A stretch of DNA of 61,568 bases, the filler included, from Sluysia triapertura (Eukaryota): the NCBI GenBank assembly GCA_046118255.1. It is 4 parts of 4 records of this genome, joined end to end, with 100 filler letters (N's around TTAATTAATTAA, not from the genome) between each part and the next. Parts side by side here need not be neighbours in the genome. Positions count along the whole stretch, not along the records: positions 1 to 21,169 come from JBJNIA010000012.1; 3 more parts are not named here. One strand, 5' to 3'. Under the pieces are notes generated by a model. It had not been told where the DNA came from, searched no databases, and was given only the letters and a program-made list of their open reading frames with translations. Each line of letters starts with the position of its first letter. The stretch's first letter is position 1. Positions 1 through 13,255 of this stretch are shown in pieces. A program made the position numbers and the translations under genes.

Positions 1-826
1 TAAAATTCTAAATTCTAAAAAACTTAGTAATACGTCTCCAAGTTTGGTATAAAGCGTATATACTAAGCGAACTGACCTTACAGATAATTTGTTAGGATAA
101 GAAAAATACTACCATAAACTTGGAACCAAATTTAACTATGAATCTTAAATGCATTCCAAGTGAAGACTGAATTAAATGAAACGTTAAAAAACGACCTGAA
201 TAAGAATAATTTAATAGGGTTTTCTAGTTAACATACTAAATCTAGACGATAATTCATTACACCTCATCATCCACGTAAATTCAATTATAAATTCCATTTT
301 ATCAGCTTAATATAGTATTGGTGAAAAATGTCTTTTATCAACCAATATTTAAATCTTCCTTATTATAAATTCATAATGAATAAGCGAATAAGATAATGAA
401 ATATTATATGCCCATTAATGTAAATTAAACATTACATGTAATATGACATTCATAAAAGAAACATCAAATATAACATGGGCTTTAATATTGTATTACATTG
501 TAAATGCTCACAGTACAAAAGACTAACCAAAATTGATGTATGTCAACCACAACAATGTGTTATTATATCTGTGAGATTGATATTTGAAGTTTGGACATTT
601 GAAATTTGAACTGTATAAATATTATGACATTATAAATATTAATATTAAAATAATTTAGTAAATAACTTTAAAATAACATTAAATAAATGTTCCTAATTAT
701 TTTAAATTAAAAATTATAATTTTGAATAAAAATATAACATGTATTTACATTATCAAGACTCCTATAACTGATGGGATATAGGTCTAAAGTGCCATTTGGT
801 ATAATTGAATATAGTAATCTAAATAT

Positions 827-924
827 TGTTACACGGGGATGATAGCTCAGTGGTAGAGCATGGAACAAGGCAGCGAGATGTCCCGGGTTCGATCCCCGAT
901 CAGTCCATTTTATGAAGTCTAACA
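827..924 (+). mobile_element. tRNA-derived repeat module, copy 1 (SINE-like or LTR of a miniature retrotransposon)
   Basis: A box TAGCTCAGTGG (843-853), B box GGTTCGATCCC (886-896). No intact anticodon arm or acceptor stem. Bracketed by TGTTACAC...GTCTAACA. Upstream 770-826 is shared with other copies. Confidence 0.8.
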
Positions 925-3681
925 TAATTGTTTTAATTAGTTATTCAAGGTCAATGTTAAATTAATATAAACTACATTTCAAGATACCTGCTACCAAAAA
1001 TTGATTTAAAGAAATATATACCATGATTGGATTTAAAGCAATATCATTATATCAAATATGCACAATAATACAATAACCTATACAAATAATGATCAATTAA
1101 AACACGGTAATACGAATGAGTCAAATGAAAATATGTATATGACGGATTAATAATTGTTGTGTTGAATACCGTTTAGTTAAAAGTTTACAATTAAAACTGC
1201 AGAAGCATCACGTTTATACATCACGATTTCTACGGACACATACATTAACATTAATAAATTATTATAACCTATTCTTGTAACATTACTCAAAATATTGATT
1301 GATCTAAATTAAATTAAGTTTTTAAAATAATGAATTGTTTTAATAAGAATGGCATTTTGAAGCATTAGTTATCTCGATATTTATTTTGTGTTACGTATAG
1401 TTTAAGCGTACCTGTCATCAGCCAATAGGAATTGAGGGAATGTTCTAGAAGCTTCTAGTCTATTTTTAGAAGCGATTTTTCTTTTTTCGAAAATAAAATT
1501 TTTTGGAAAAATAGGATTTTTAAAATGATTTTAAATAATTTAGAGGGTTGTGATAGCAACCTAGCACTTTTGAGATACAACATGTTGTGTTAATTACAAA
1601 TTGTCCGAAATACCGGCGTATAGCCAACACTTAATTAAATAAAAAATTAATACATAAATTAGGTTAAAAAGAAATTGAATAAATTTACTTATTTTAGTTA
1701 TAAAATAAAGCACTAGTTAGTTACACGTGATTTTCCCTTTTTAAAAAATTAAGATTTTAATCACTTCAGGCACAATGACAAAGAACAAAATTGTCTTATT
1801 TTATTTTTATAAATTATATCTTCATCGAATATTTTGCCCTTAGCTCCAAAATTATTTTCCGTTAAAAAGATTTAGGACATATTTTTAAAATTACATACAT
1901 AGTTTACGTAATAATTCAACAGAACAACTAAATTAAACTAAATGAAAAATCAATTTTATTTGACTTTAAATTATTTAAAAATAAATATTTACTTGAAATT
2001 TATTTAACTGGAATTTTTCATTTGATGACTTTTGTTTAAATAAACTTGGCAAAATTTATTGAGAACGAAAAAAGAGAAAATTTTTGTACATGTTTTAAAA
2101 GTTGTCAATAAATTTTGAAAAGTAATTATGTAAACATTTACTTCACTTATTTATGGGATAAAAATTCTTTATTAATTTTGTAAATTTAGATTGGTTGAAA
2201 TAGTAATTGAAATTTAGTAAATATTGACCTTCATATAATTTAGGAATTCAAGTGAACAAAAGTAGTGACGTGTATGATAAATTGAAAAATATTAAAGTAT
2301 TAGCAATGAGTGAGAAGTGAATAATAATAAATGAAGTATGAAAAAATAAAGTAAAAGTGTCTGAAAATTGATTTTGATTTAGAGTTAACTTGTAAATAAT
2401 TTAGACTTAAGAGACTGAAATTTGTTGATAAAGTATGAGATTTATCGGAAATATACTATGTTGTGTATTTGTGGTGTGTACTGTAACATAAATAATAAAA
2501 ATTTCAGAAGAATTTACATAAATTAGAAATAAATCTTCAATCCGAATAAGAACACTTAAATTTCAACAATTTTTAGTGAGTTAAACCTATGAAATGCTCT
2601 CATTTTTAATGCATGTTTCTATATATTTAACGTAATTTGTTTAACTACATGAAAACTGAAGTTTAATGTTTTAATAATTGCACATTTTTTTTGTGAATAT
2701 ACTACATAAAAAAGAAATGATTAAAAAGTGATTTACCGTCATGTTTATATTAAATTATACTATTAATAGTTAAAAAATATAAAAATATACTAATATATAT
2801 TAAAAAATTATGATTTATAATATGCTGTAAGTAATGGTTTATACCCAATGGAAAGACGTCACAACATTTATCTATTTTATAAACATGAAGTTAATCTGTG
2901 TCATAGGTTAGCAATCGATTGAACTATTTATTGCATTATTAATTATCTTAAATAATAATCAACATTGTACCTTACCTCGTATAACTTAACTTTTACTGAC
3001 TATCGAGTGGATTTATTATTGTTGTCGACTCTACTTATCTATAGAGCACGTGTGCTATGTTAACTGTTAACTGTGTCTTTTGGGTCTTTACATCTCTCAG
3101 TGTGACAAAACAATGATTTATTACAATAAAAATAAAAATTCGAACAATACAAAGTGAAAACTATTTTACAAATATTATAAAACAAAGGATAAAATATTAG
3201 TCTATTAAGATTTCTCTTAATATTAAGAAAAAAATTTTACTGATGATTTTAATGCTGGATTTATTCTAGCCCAAATTATGATAAATTTTAATTGAGTGAG
3301 TTGAATGACATTTAGAGAGAACTGCAGAAAATTTATTAGTTTACGAATTACCAAAAAATGCTATCCACTAAAGAGTATAGCTTCATCTAGTTAACCAAAA
3401 AGAAAAAACTATAGACAAACACAAAATAAGTTGTATTATAATGATAAATAATGAGCTGTGAGGAAACTGAATTATGAATTTTTTGAATCATTATTCATAT
3501 TGTACCTTTTGAAAACATGTGTCCTATCAATACAATAAATAATAATGAATTTAAAATACAAGCATCATAAACTGGTTACTTTGATCTGAATTATACATTA
3601 ATATTAGTTGAATTGAAAGTGATGAGGTAAAGGACTAAAGTGCCATTAAGAAAAATGACGGTATAATTGACTATAATAAAT

Positions 3682-3788
3682 TGTTTGACGGGGTTGATAG
3701 TTCAGTGGTCAGAGTATCGAACTGCACAGGTGTGAGGCGAGAGGTTCCGGGTTTGATTTCTGGTCAGCCCATTTTATTAAGTGTAACA
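3682..3788 (+). mobile_element. tRNA-derived repeat module, copy 2
   Basis: TGTTTGACGGGGTTGATAGTTCAGTGGTCAGAG...GGGTTTGATTTCTGGTCAGCCCATTTTATTAAGTGTAACA; same upstream leader (AAAGTGCCATT...TAATTGACTATAATAAA). Confidence 0.75.
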
Positions 3789-6700
3789 ATTGACATTAGA
3801 ATTTTACTTATTACTAATAGAAAAGAAAATTTGAAAGGTCCTTACATTGTGCAAACTTTGATGGAAATGCAAAGATTTTGTTGTGAAGTTTAATGTTTTT
3901 TATGTGGTGAATTCCTTACAATCTTAGTCTTACTTAAGGGCTAAGTTGTAAGTAGCAATTAAGAAGAATTTAATGGGAGGTATCTACAAATATTAAAGTA
4001 AAAACGGGTATATTTCTTGCTGATGAAAATCGTCTTTGCTATAAGTTAGAAATTAAAGAATTCTTTTTGTGCAAAAAACTCTGATCAATATTTTTTAAAT
4101 AAATTTTATATTTTCTTTTCTTTTACAAAATCAGCAATTATATGTTAAGTAGTATTTTACTACCGTATCGTAAAAACGGTATCATTAATAAACTTTTACA
4201 ATTAAGCAGAAAATTTAAGCATATTTTTCAACCAAGTAAAATCCGTGGCCTTACTTTGTAAATGAATTGTAAATTTATTAAGAAAAAAATGATATATAAA
4301 AATAATACAAATTTATGAAATTACTATGTAATCTTTATAATTAAATTTTTAGAAATATAATTCATAACACCTATTAAAAAGGGTTGTTAAATTTTAATGA
4401 AAACTTTATGTAGGATTTTACAGTCTTATTTAAAAAAGAATTTACTTAAAGGAATAAAACTAACGAATAATATCTAATGCAAAATGTTCCAAAGAATATG
4501 AATTTGTTCCAGCAATGTAAACAAAGATCCAATAAATGTGAACAGTATTCCAACGAATGTAATTATTGTTCCAAATGTAAACTGTAATCCAGTAAACAAG
4601 ATTTTTGTTCAAAAAGAAACTTTTTAAAATATTCAAATAATGTTATTTTTGCGTGAATTGTGATTCTATTTATACCATGATCTGGTAACCTTGAATGAAA
4701 TTTCTTAAAGAAAAATTGATAATTTTAAAGAAGGAAAATTTAAAGAACAGCTTTTTAAACTTTGATTTGGATTAATTTTAGTTTCAATTTAATAATTAAT
4801 TTATTACAATAATAATTTATCACAATAATAGTAACAATAGTACCATTAAAATTATTAAATTTTATAATATTACTTATGCAGAATTATGTTTAGAATTAAT
4901 AACGACATAATAACTACATAAATACATGTACAATATACATAATATACATGCTATTTTCAATATCAGATTTACGTTTCAATAAACCATAGTGAATTAAAAA
5001 AATTATATAATAAGTATCATAAACACATTAGTGAGTGTTACATTTTTTGTTGTTTTTCTTGTAATAAATTTTCTTAAAAAATTATATATAAATCATTCCC
5101 AAATAAAACATAAATTCAAATTAAAGCGCCTTTTTGTAAATGTTATTAAGTTTACATTTATTATAATCAAGATGATAAGCTGTGATATTAAAATTAGAAG
5201 TATATTTTTAAAAAGTGGCTTAATATTCAGTATAGGAATTGAAATAAATTGTTTATTAAATAAATTAATACAATAAATAAATTCTTTAATTAAGTACTCT
5301 TTATGCTACATAATTCGAATATTTTATCATGACACAAATATGTGAGTATAAAAAGGTAAAAAAGTACAATTTAAAATCCAATTTTAGCATAGAATAAGAT
5401 GTAAAAATTTAAAGTGATATGACGAAATAAAATTTCAAATACATGACGCTATAGAATTCACTTACGGATTTATCATAACGTAATTGCTCTGGGCAAATCT
5501 TTGAATAGTTTTTTTTAATTTTATGTAAAAGTAGATACCATTACTCTATCAGAGATGTTATTAGTAAGTACCAAATATATCTTAACGAGTATACGTTACA
5601 ATCTAAACTTAACTCAGTTATCTATAATGACGCTAGTCGTTTGAGTTTTATAAGTTATTTCAAAAATTATAATTAAATTCCCAATAAAATACACTCAGTT
5701 TAATATCCACACACTCAAAATAGTATCAGTTACCTTTGTAAAACATCTTATCACTTTGGAAATAACTCGCAGACATTATATATCTGTTTGTATCAAGGGA
5801 ATTTGAATTTCAAAGACCATTTATTTAGTAGTTTATTATAAGCTTTTAAATTTATATTATAATTATGATTAAAAATTAAATTATTATTAAATGAAATAAA
5901 ATTTTAACTTAATTATTAAAAGAATTTTATAGATCAGTCTATTTAATTTAGATATTATCATTACTTTATAAAGCGTTGTTTTATTATCTTTAAAGACAAT
6001 AATAATTAAAGTACATTCTAATACATTTATAATACATAAAATTTATCAGATTGATAAAAAATATTGATTCATCAATGAACATGTATCGATCCACACACTA
6101 AAAAGATATGTAAATAAATGTGAACAAAATAAAAAGTACGAACGATCACCATCAAAATGTAATAATAAATATAAAGAATAATAATATACCTTCACAAACA
6201 TCTTCTTATTAAGTACGGACACGTACTTGAACTAATTAGACGCGGATGGCTGGAGTTAGTAGAAATCATTGTTTTAAAAAGTTCACTGTAAAAGTTTATA
6301 ATAGATATAGATTTGTAAATGCTGCTTATAAAATTTGTCGTTTTAAAATACATAAATTCATTGGATAGAATTAACGACGAGAGTTTACCTGATGTAGAAT
6401 CTGATGAGGTTGAATAAGCATATACTGATTTTGTTTTGTTTAACGAAGTCAAAGTTTTACAGTAACAAATATACTATTATCGTTCAATGCATGCACTTTA
6501 GATTTATTGTCATTATATTGCTCAGGCTCTAAGTTATTTCAACCTTTATTTGTTCGAAAAGGTTCGTAATTACTTGAATGTACTTTAGCTAAGATATCTT
6601 TTATTGCATTAATTCTTTATTTAATTCGATCAAAGTGGAATGACATGAAATGACTTCATAATTAATACTAGCAGATTCATTAACTGTAAATAGCACATTA

Positions 6701-7246
6701 TTCATTCATTTTAATTGATTGAGTGTATGCCTTTGAGCTAAAACCATCTTTTGAATACTTTCATGACTAACGCATAGTTCGGTTTGATTAATAAAATTCG
6801 ACATCAGTTTGTTAAATACCTTGTCTGGATTAGATTAATAGATTAGAACAGTTGTAATTGTATAAATCTTAAAAATTTAAAAGAGAATTTTGATTTCGTC
6901 GTATAGCATATATAAAATGTTTAATTTATGTAACTCATTTTTTTAAAAAGTGATTGTCAACCATTTTTTGTTAGTACTATTGTGGATGTATAAATTGCTG
7001 AACTACAATTTGTCGACCAATGAAAAACGGTTAATTAATTTTTATTTTATTAACTATTATTAATGTTGGCACAAAATAATTGTCTGTCGAATCAAAGGCT
7101 TTCGAATTTGACATTCACTAGCAACTATTTACGACGACGATGGTAGATTCGAATAATAAAAATAATAATAGCACTTAATTAAAAATGATGATAATAATAA
7201 TATTTAATAATGGTAATAATAATGATAATAAAAATGTGATAATACA

Positions 7247-7247
<1 letters not shown>

Positions 7248-7305
<58 letters not shown>
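7248..7305. repeat. (AAT)n microsatellite
   Basis: Pure AAT run visible in the sequence. Confidence 0.95.
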
Positions 7306-7307
<2 letters not shown>

Positions 7308-8583
7308 TCAAATAAAAATACATGAATCCCTGTTTCTATTACATATCTTTTTCTTAAACATTTCTTTAAAATATAAATACATAAAAATACAAATTATTTC
7401 TCTTTATTCTTCTAGTTCTAATAGTTCATTAGGCGAGATAGATAAAATAAAAGATAAAATAAAATTATAAAGGAGAATCCTGACAAAGTATTAAGTTTAT
7501 TAATATTTTGAAATTTAAAATGTAAATTTAATGATTTTTTCATGAAATTAATGTGTTTGGATGTTGTAAAATTATAAACTTTAGTATATTATGATGTATT
7601 AAAATTTTTAATAAAGTTTGCCACTACACACATCAATTTAGTTTTAATCTTTTTCTACCAATTTAGCGAATTGTATGTGTTTATTTCATACAATGTCAAA
7701 TAACGTTAAGTAGAAAAAATTGCAGGTTCAAACATTCAATGGTTACCAAGTTTAGTTGATAGCTTGTATAAATTAATTGATTGGTCCATTTTGATTCTGA
7801 TTGAATATGAAATATATTTAGTTTCTTACATCCCATAATTTACAAAAAATCAATACTATTTTAATATGCATATGTACTATTTTGGTTTCCATTGATTAAA
7901 TTTTAAATTACCAATATCAACTAGAATGTTCCCATTGTAGTTTATATTTATTAAATTGATTCTTTGTTGTTACATCTTAATGGGGCAGAAAATGTTTTGT
8001 GTAAATTCATAAAATGTAAAGATTTAAGCCCTTAACATGCACGCTCGATTTAATTTGATCGGAGTCTTTTTATTGATATTTACCATTTTTTTAAAATAAA
8101 TATTACTATTATTATTTCTGTTGAAAAAGTATAAATGAATATTTTTACTGATAAAAATGTTTTTTTTTCGAAACAGCAATTCGAAAAGAAAGATAATAAA
8201 AGTCGACGTACGTACAAGATTGAAACATTCGGCTCTTATCTGCAATGTGGATCAAAATCGAAAATTGCGATTAAAATTTTGACATTTTAGAACCTTTGTG
8301 AAAACAATGTGTTTTATTAAATAAAAAATTGTTTTGCCGGTTTTTTTCAAAAAAGTGTGCGTTACGGGGTGATCCACGAATTTAATCTTACTTCCCAAAT
8401 TGTTTTGTTTAATTTCGTCTGTTATATCCTAGTTATTTAATTTTCAATTTTTAAGTCAATTTTACCAACATTAATGTTTTTGAGTGAAATGGTGTTAATA
8501 GAAAGTGTACCTTGATTTAAAAGTTATAAAAGTTATAAAACCGTCCCTACATTTTTTTAATTCGAACCATACAATGTACATAC

Positions 8584-8756
8584 CTGCTGGAAAGATCTGA
8601 AGTTGCAGGTGCATAAAAAGACCCATAACGTGGTACAGTTATAAAGTTAGATTTAATTGGTGAACCTACCGATTTAATAACACTACTCGAATGAGAATCA
8701 CTCGTCACATTTTTACGAGGTCCAACTAGTGTTCGAGATGATCTACGCATGCGTCT
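8584..8756 (-). CDS. Orphan candidate coding exon (RRMRRSSRTLVGPRKN...VPRYGSFYAPATSDLSS), possibly the GPR137 cytoplasmic tail or another gene
   Basis: Open frame with raised GC, strong acceptor TTTTTTATTCCAG and donor AG|GTATGT on the minus strand; no recognisable domain. Confidence 0.45.
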
Positions 8757-9046
8757 CTGGAATAAAAAAATGTTTTAATATAATTATAACTTCAATTCGA
8801 AAATCATAATTAATTTTTGAGTTATTAAAAAAATCGATATTTTATAAAAAAAATCGATAAAATGTGTATTTCATCACTTCATTTTGAAGATACTTAAATT
8901 GACATAATAATTTGAAATAAATAATGCATTGTTACTTAAGAAAAAAGAAATTAGCAAACGAATAAATCTGAAATAGTAAAACTAAATCTAATATCCATAT
9001 TTAAAATAAATTATATCGAAGTTTTACATCTAAACTTTACGTTTAG

Positions 9047-9751
9047 CACGTGATGAAAAGTATGTAGTCTGAATTCCCACATTTTTAGTTGAAATTATAT
9101 AAATTAAAAGTGATAATTTCGAAAACACAATGTAACATTTATTATGTATCAAACATTAACGTTAATACTTGAAATTCCAAATAACGTGAATTAACATCAC
9201 CTATCATGTCATCCGTCCTCAATGTATTAACATATTCGTAACAAAGAACGAAAATTTTCGATGAGTCTGTGCATATCTGATAAATTCTTAGGTAATGGGA
9301 TTATACATTAGTAGTAGTACATTCTTACATGGATTATGTAAGAATATGCTGAATTATTTTTATATCACTAAAACACTCAAATGTACATGAAAGGTTTAAG
9401 AAAGAGACAGATGTAGATGTGTTAAAAACGTATTAGCATATTTTTGTTTAGATAGATTAAATATTTTTATTCATATTTTAAAAGTATTTATTTGAAATTA
9501 TATTGCACGAAAATACCTTTTGAATATTCCTTCCGTGAAGAAAGTCTTCATATTGATTGTATTAGTACCACAAAATTTAAAAAGATGAAAGATGAGTGGT
9601 ATATTTTATTAACACATTGAGGACTGATAACGTGAATTCACATTAAGTGGAATTTCAAGCAACATTGTATACTTTATATAAGTTACTTTTAATTTACATA
9701 ATTTCAACAAAGTATGCTGTTATTCAGGCTATATGCTTTTTTCATTACATA
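9047..9751. mobile_element. Non-autonomous DNA transposon (MITE/foldback) with long degenerate terminal inverted repeats
   Basis: 9047-9235 matches the reverse complement of 9605-9751 in four ordered blocks: GTRATGAAAA..TAGYCTGAAT, GTTGAAATTATRTAAATTAAAAGT, CTTGAAATTCCA..GTGAATT, GTCCTCAATGT. Confidence 0.7.
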
Positions 9752-10239
9752 CTGTCTTCAATGTGTTAAGAGACAATGGCTTGTTGATTGTTTGAGAATA
9801 GAGACCTCTGTGAACTTATAACGAACTGAATAGAGCTTTAGCACAAAGTCAAACAAATATGCAGATGAAATTGATGAAGTAAACATTATATATATTAAAT
9901 AATGTTAGAAAAGTTGTTTCAAGTGTTAAAATTGTAAGACAAAATTTGTGTGATAGGTAGCTGAGCCAATAAGCCATCGCCATAATATTCCCATCACATT
10001 TATGAAGATCGTTTATTAATCATTTAATATTGTTATTTTTACACTGAATTACCGAAGAAAGGTGAAAATATGTTTTGTATTATGATGAAATACTTTTTTG
10101 ACTAAAATGATTAAAACTACTATTAAGTCATTAACACACATTCATTACAATTGTGTTTATTATTCATTTATTCAAATTGACTTATTTCGTTCTAAAAATT
10201 AATTTCGATCTGGCTACCAGTATTCTAATAAAATCAGTT

Positions 10240-10324
10240 GGTCAATTTAGTTTAATAATGAACTGACGGGAATTCGAACCGAATCTTCTCGCTGTGCACC
10301 TGAGGTTCAGTGTGCAATCTAACA
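10240..10324 (-). mobile_element. tRNA-derived repeat module, copy 3 (degenerate)
   Basis: Reverse complement reads TGTTAGAT...GCGAGAAGATTCGGTTCGAATTCCCGTCAGTTCATTATTAA; shared leader extends to about 10392. Confidence 0.65.
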
Positions 10325-10977
10325 ATATATTTTCATTATAGTCAATTAAACAATTTCTGTAAGTGGCATTGTTTTAAACCTATATCTCAACAATATTACT
10401 AATTATGATAAAGATTAATCAATTAATTTCAATTAATGAAAACTAACTTTAAAAAATTTGTCTGGAATTCTAACTCGAAATATAATCATGCATGAAACAA
10501 GTGGAACGACTTCCCAAAAAAATAATATCATACAGAATAAAACAAAGGCAAGCATTTTGTTATGAAGAGTAGTAAAATTTGCCTAAAAATAAATCATATA
10601 ATTAATTTAATCAAAAAACGATATAAAAGTCTAGGGTAAATTAGGTGTAGGTCTCGAATTTGTGTTATCCTATTTCTTACTTTCTCGCATTAAAGATTGC
10701 ATCCGAAAAAATAATCCGATTTTATTCAGTTCACCGATTATAATGTAAAGATGATGTTGAAGAATTAAACTTATTGAAAACAAATTTGAAATTAATTTAT
10801 AATTATAATATGTAATTAATAAATATGAAGAGTTATTGATTAACATAATTTATAAAATATGGATGTAAATATTTCAATTATTTGGATAATGAAAATGGAA
10901 TATTCGAATTATATGAATTATTTGATGCGAAAATAAAATTTGCGTAAACTCTCCATTTTACTTGTCTGAAAATGATT

Positions 10978-11128
10978 NNNNNNNNNNNNNNNNNNNNNNN
11001 NNNNNNNNNNNNNNNNNNNNNNNNNNNNNNNNNNNNNNNNNNNNNNNNNNNNNNNNNNNNNNNNNNNNNNNNNNNNNNNNNNNNNNNNNNNNNNNNNNNN
11101 NNNNNNNNNNNNNNNNNNNNNNNNNNNA
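10978..11128. other. Assembly gap
   Basis: Run of N. Confidence 0.99.
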
Positions 11129-13042
11129 GTAAATAATAATGATTTATTAATTAATATTTTAAAATAAAATCACAATTTTAAATCAATCATATTTGCTGAA
11201 ATTAAGAACTGAAATAAACATTATTTAAAGTTATGCGATAATTTTTTAAATTTTGTTTCTTAATTACTCGAGTATATAACTTGATTTCAGTGAACCAATA
11301 AAAATCTTCAGCAGAGACACAATTCTTGGAAGGAGTGTAAAAATAGAAATGAAAAACAGTTTTACTGAAATTTCGGAATTAGTACTTGTGTTTCGTATTT
11401 GAATTTTGATAAGTTATATTATTGTTATTTTGATTTATTCTGTAAACTGTACATTAAACAAAACAGTACATCAAAGTAATAAATAACTTGAAGATATTCA
11501 AAATAAACTTAAAGAAGATAAAGTTAAAAAATTTGAAAATGAATTGAAGTGTTTAGAAGTTTGTAAAAAATTGTACAAAAGGTTGACAAAAAAACTGCCT
11601 ATTTATGAAAAATTTAGTGATTCCAAATTCAAAGACGAATAAAACATAATGTAGAATTCGGAATTCAGTATGGTAAAAATCGATCTCAAATCATAATATT
11701 TATTTTTAATGAAAGTTTAAATAAAATCCTTCGAGAAGTTCTTCGAATTTACATGACGCAGAAATGAATTTCAATTTTTTAGGTCCTGCTTGAATTGTTT
11801 TAATCAAATTAGAACTATATGTATTGCTACATTGTTTTTGCTAAGCAATCAATATGAAGTAATATATCAAACATTGGCAGATTCTTATATAAACATTCAA
11901 TAAATTTGATTACAGACAAATTACAGACGTAACCTTAAATACTAAAAATAGTTAAAATGACTTTAGAATGATTTGAAAATGGGCGAATAATTTCGCGATC
12001 GAATAATTCCGATACGGAATTTTTTTAAATAACAAAGCTTTTATATCTACTTTTTATTATGAGATAATAATATGGATGAATTCAAATTTCGATATAGGAA
12101 TTGAAATAAATTCCTTGTCTTTGTTACTAACCGCTACTAAGAATGAAATAAATCTCAATCCCAGAAGTTATTTTTATAATGATAGTGTAAACACTAATAG
12201 ATATTATTTAGAAATAATCCTTTAGAAGTCTCACATCACTGACTTTCAGTATAATGAAATTACTTACCATTTTTCAGTTAATTATAAGTAAAAAATCTTT
12301 ATCAAGTTACCAATGATTATTTTGACGTATATCAAAGATTGTTGACAAGTATAAGTTCAAATTCAGCGTTAGAGTTCATAACAATGAGAATTTTTTCATG
12401 AATTTTTCAGATTACATGAATGAAATTGTTCTAGATTCAAGAAAATCTAGTGGGTCTAATTTCAATTCATTAGAAATTCTAATACCATAGTATATTATTC
12501 TGTGTATATTATATTATAGTATATTATCCCATTCTTACAATACACACATGCAGAACAATACATCATAGATCACAAAATAGAAATAACTTTGTTAACTGTA
12601 GTTGGTTGTACATTTTTGAAACATAATCTATCATTCATATTGTTATTATTATTCTGTATAAATTGTTACCTTAAAATTATACCAAATTTTTGATTTTGTA
12701 TAGAAAATGTGATTTTATTTAAACAAATTTCAAAATCTTATTTAAAAGTATTTTCAATAATGCAGATAAATTGTTGGAATTATACAATAATAATAATATA
12801 TCTCTGACATGATGAAAGTTCAGTGTAACTTGTATTTAAATCGATTTTATGCGAATATGAAGATTTATTTAAATTAATTGTCAAATACTATTTTAATATG
12901 ATAGATATTACAAAACTAATTGACTTGCTTATTCGAGATTTTATTTTAATATTTGATTAAAAATTTGTTTGATAATCAATGTTTCCTTTTCTTTAACATT
13001 ACCCAAAGATTATTTTTTAATAGAGCTAACTATGCGTGTATT

Positions 13043-13255
13043 TTAATTATAAGATTTTCGTGATCTAAATCGGCAAAAAAGGACTGTAGATCGGCTATAG
13101 TTTCCATGGAAACGGACCACGAAACATAATAAACAAAAAAATTCAATACTACAAATTGAAGATATAATTAATAATATCTTCAACCAATCAGCACATTCGA
13201 TCAGAACTCGTAATGATGTTTTGTAGTACATGAAGCAACTGTGGCATAAGATTAT
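13043..13255 (-). CDS. GPR137: GPR137-like exon 4 (TM7 and short tail)
   Basis: ILLIISSICSIEFFCLLCFVVRF aligns with family TM7 (VVLFVWELLPTTLVVYFFR). The in-frame acceptor is a weak AAG at 13256-13258. Confidence 0.6.
   Translation of the reverse strand: MILCHSCFMYYKTSLRVLIECADWLKILLIISSICSIEFFCLLCFVVRFHGNYSRSTVLFCRFRSRKSYN

Noticed and set aside
834-906. Functional tRNA gene
   Set aside because: A and B boxes are present but the anticodon arm and acceptor stem do not fold, and six divergent copies share non-tRNA flanks, so it is a repeat.
3250-3560. Possible PIF/Harbinger transposase relic
   Set aside because: Only a vague spacing resemblance; the diagnostic IDG and HD motifs are not preserved.
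6190-6420. Possible P2X7-tail/Kolobok accessory ORF (NRYRFVNAAYKICRFKIH)
   Set aside because: The resemblance is too short and interrupted by stops to support a call.
12268-12500. Additional GPR137 exon ending at a perfect GTAAGT donor (12267)
   Set aside because: All three minus-strand frames upstream of the donor contain stops.
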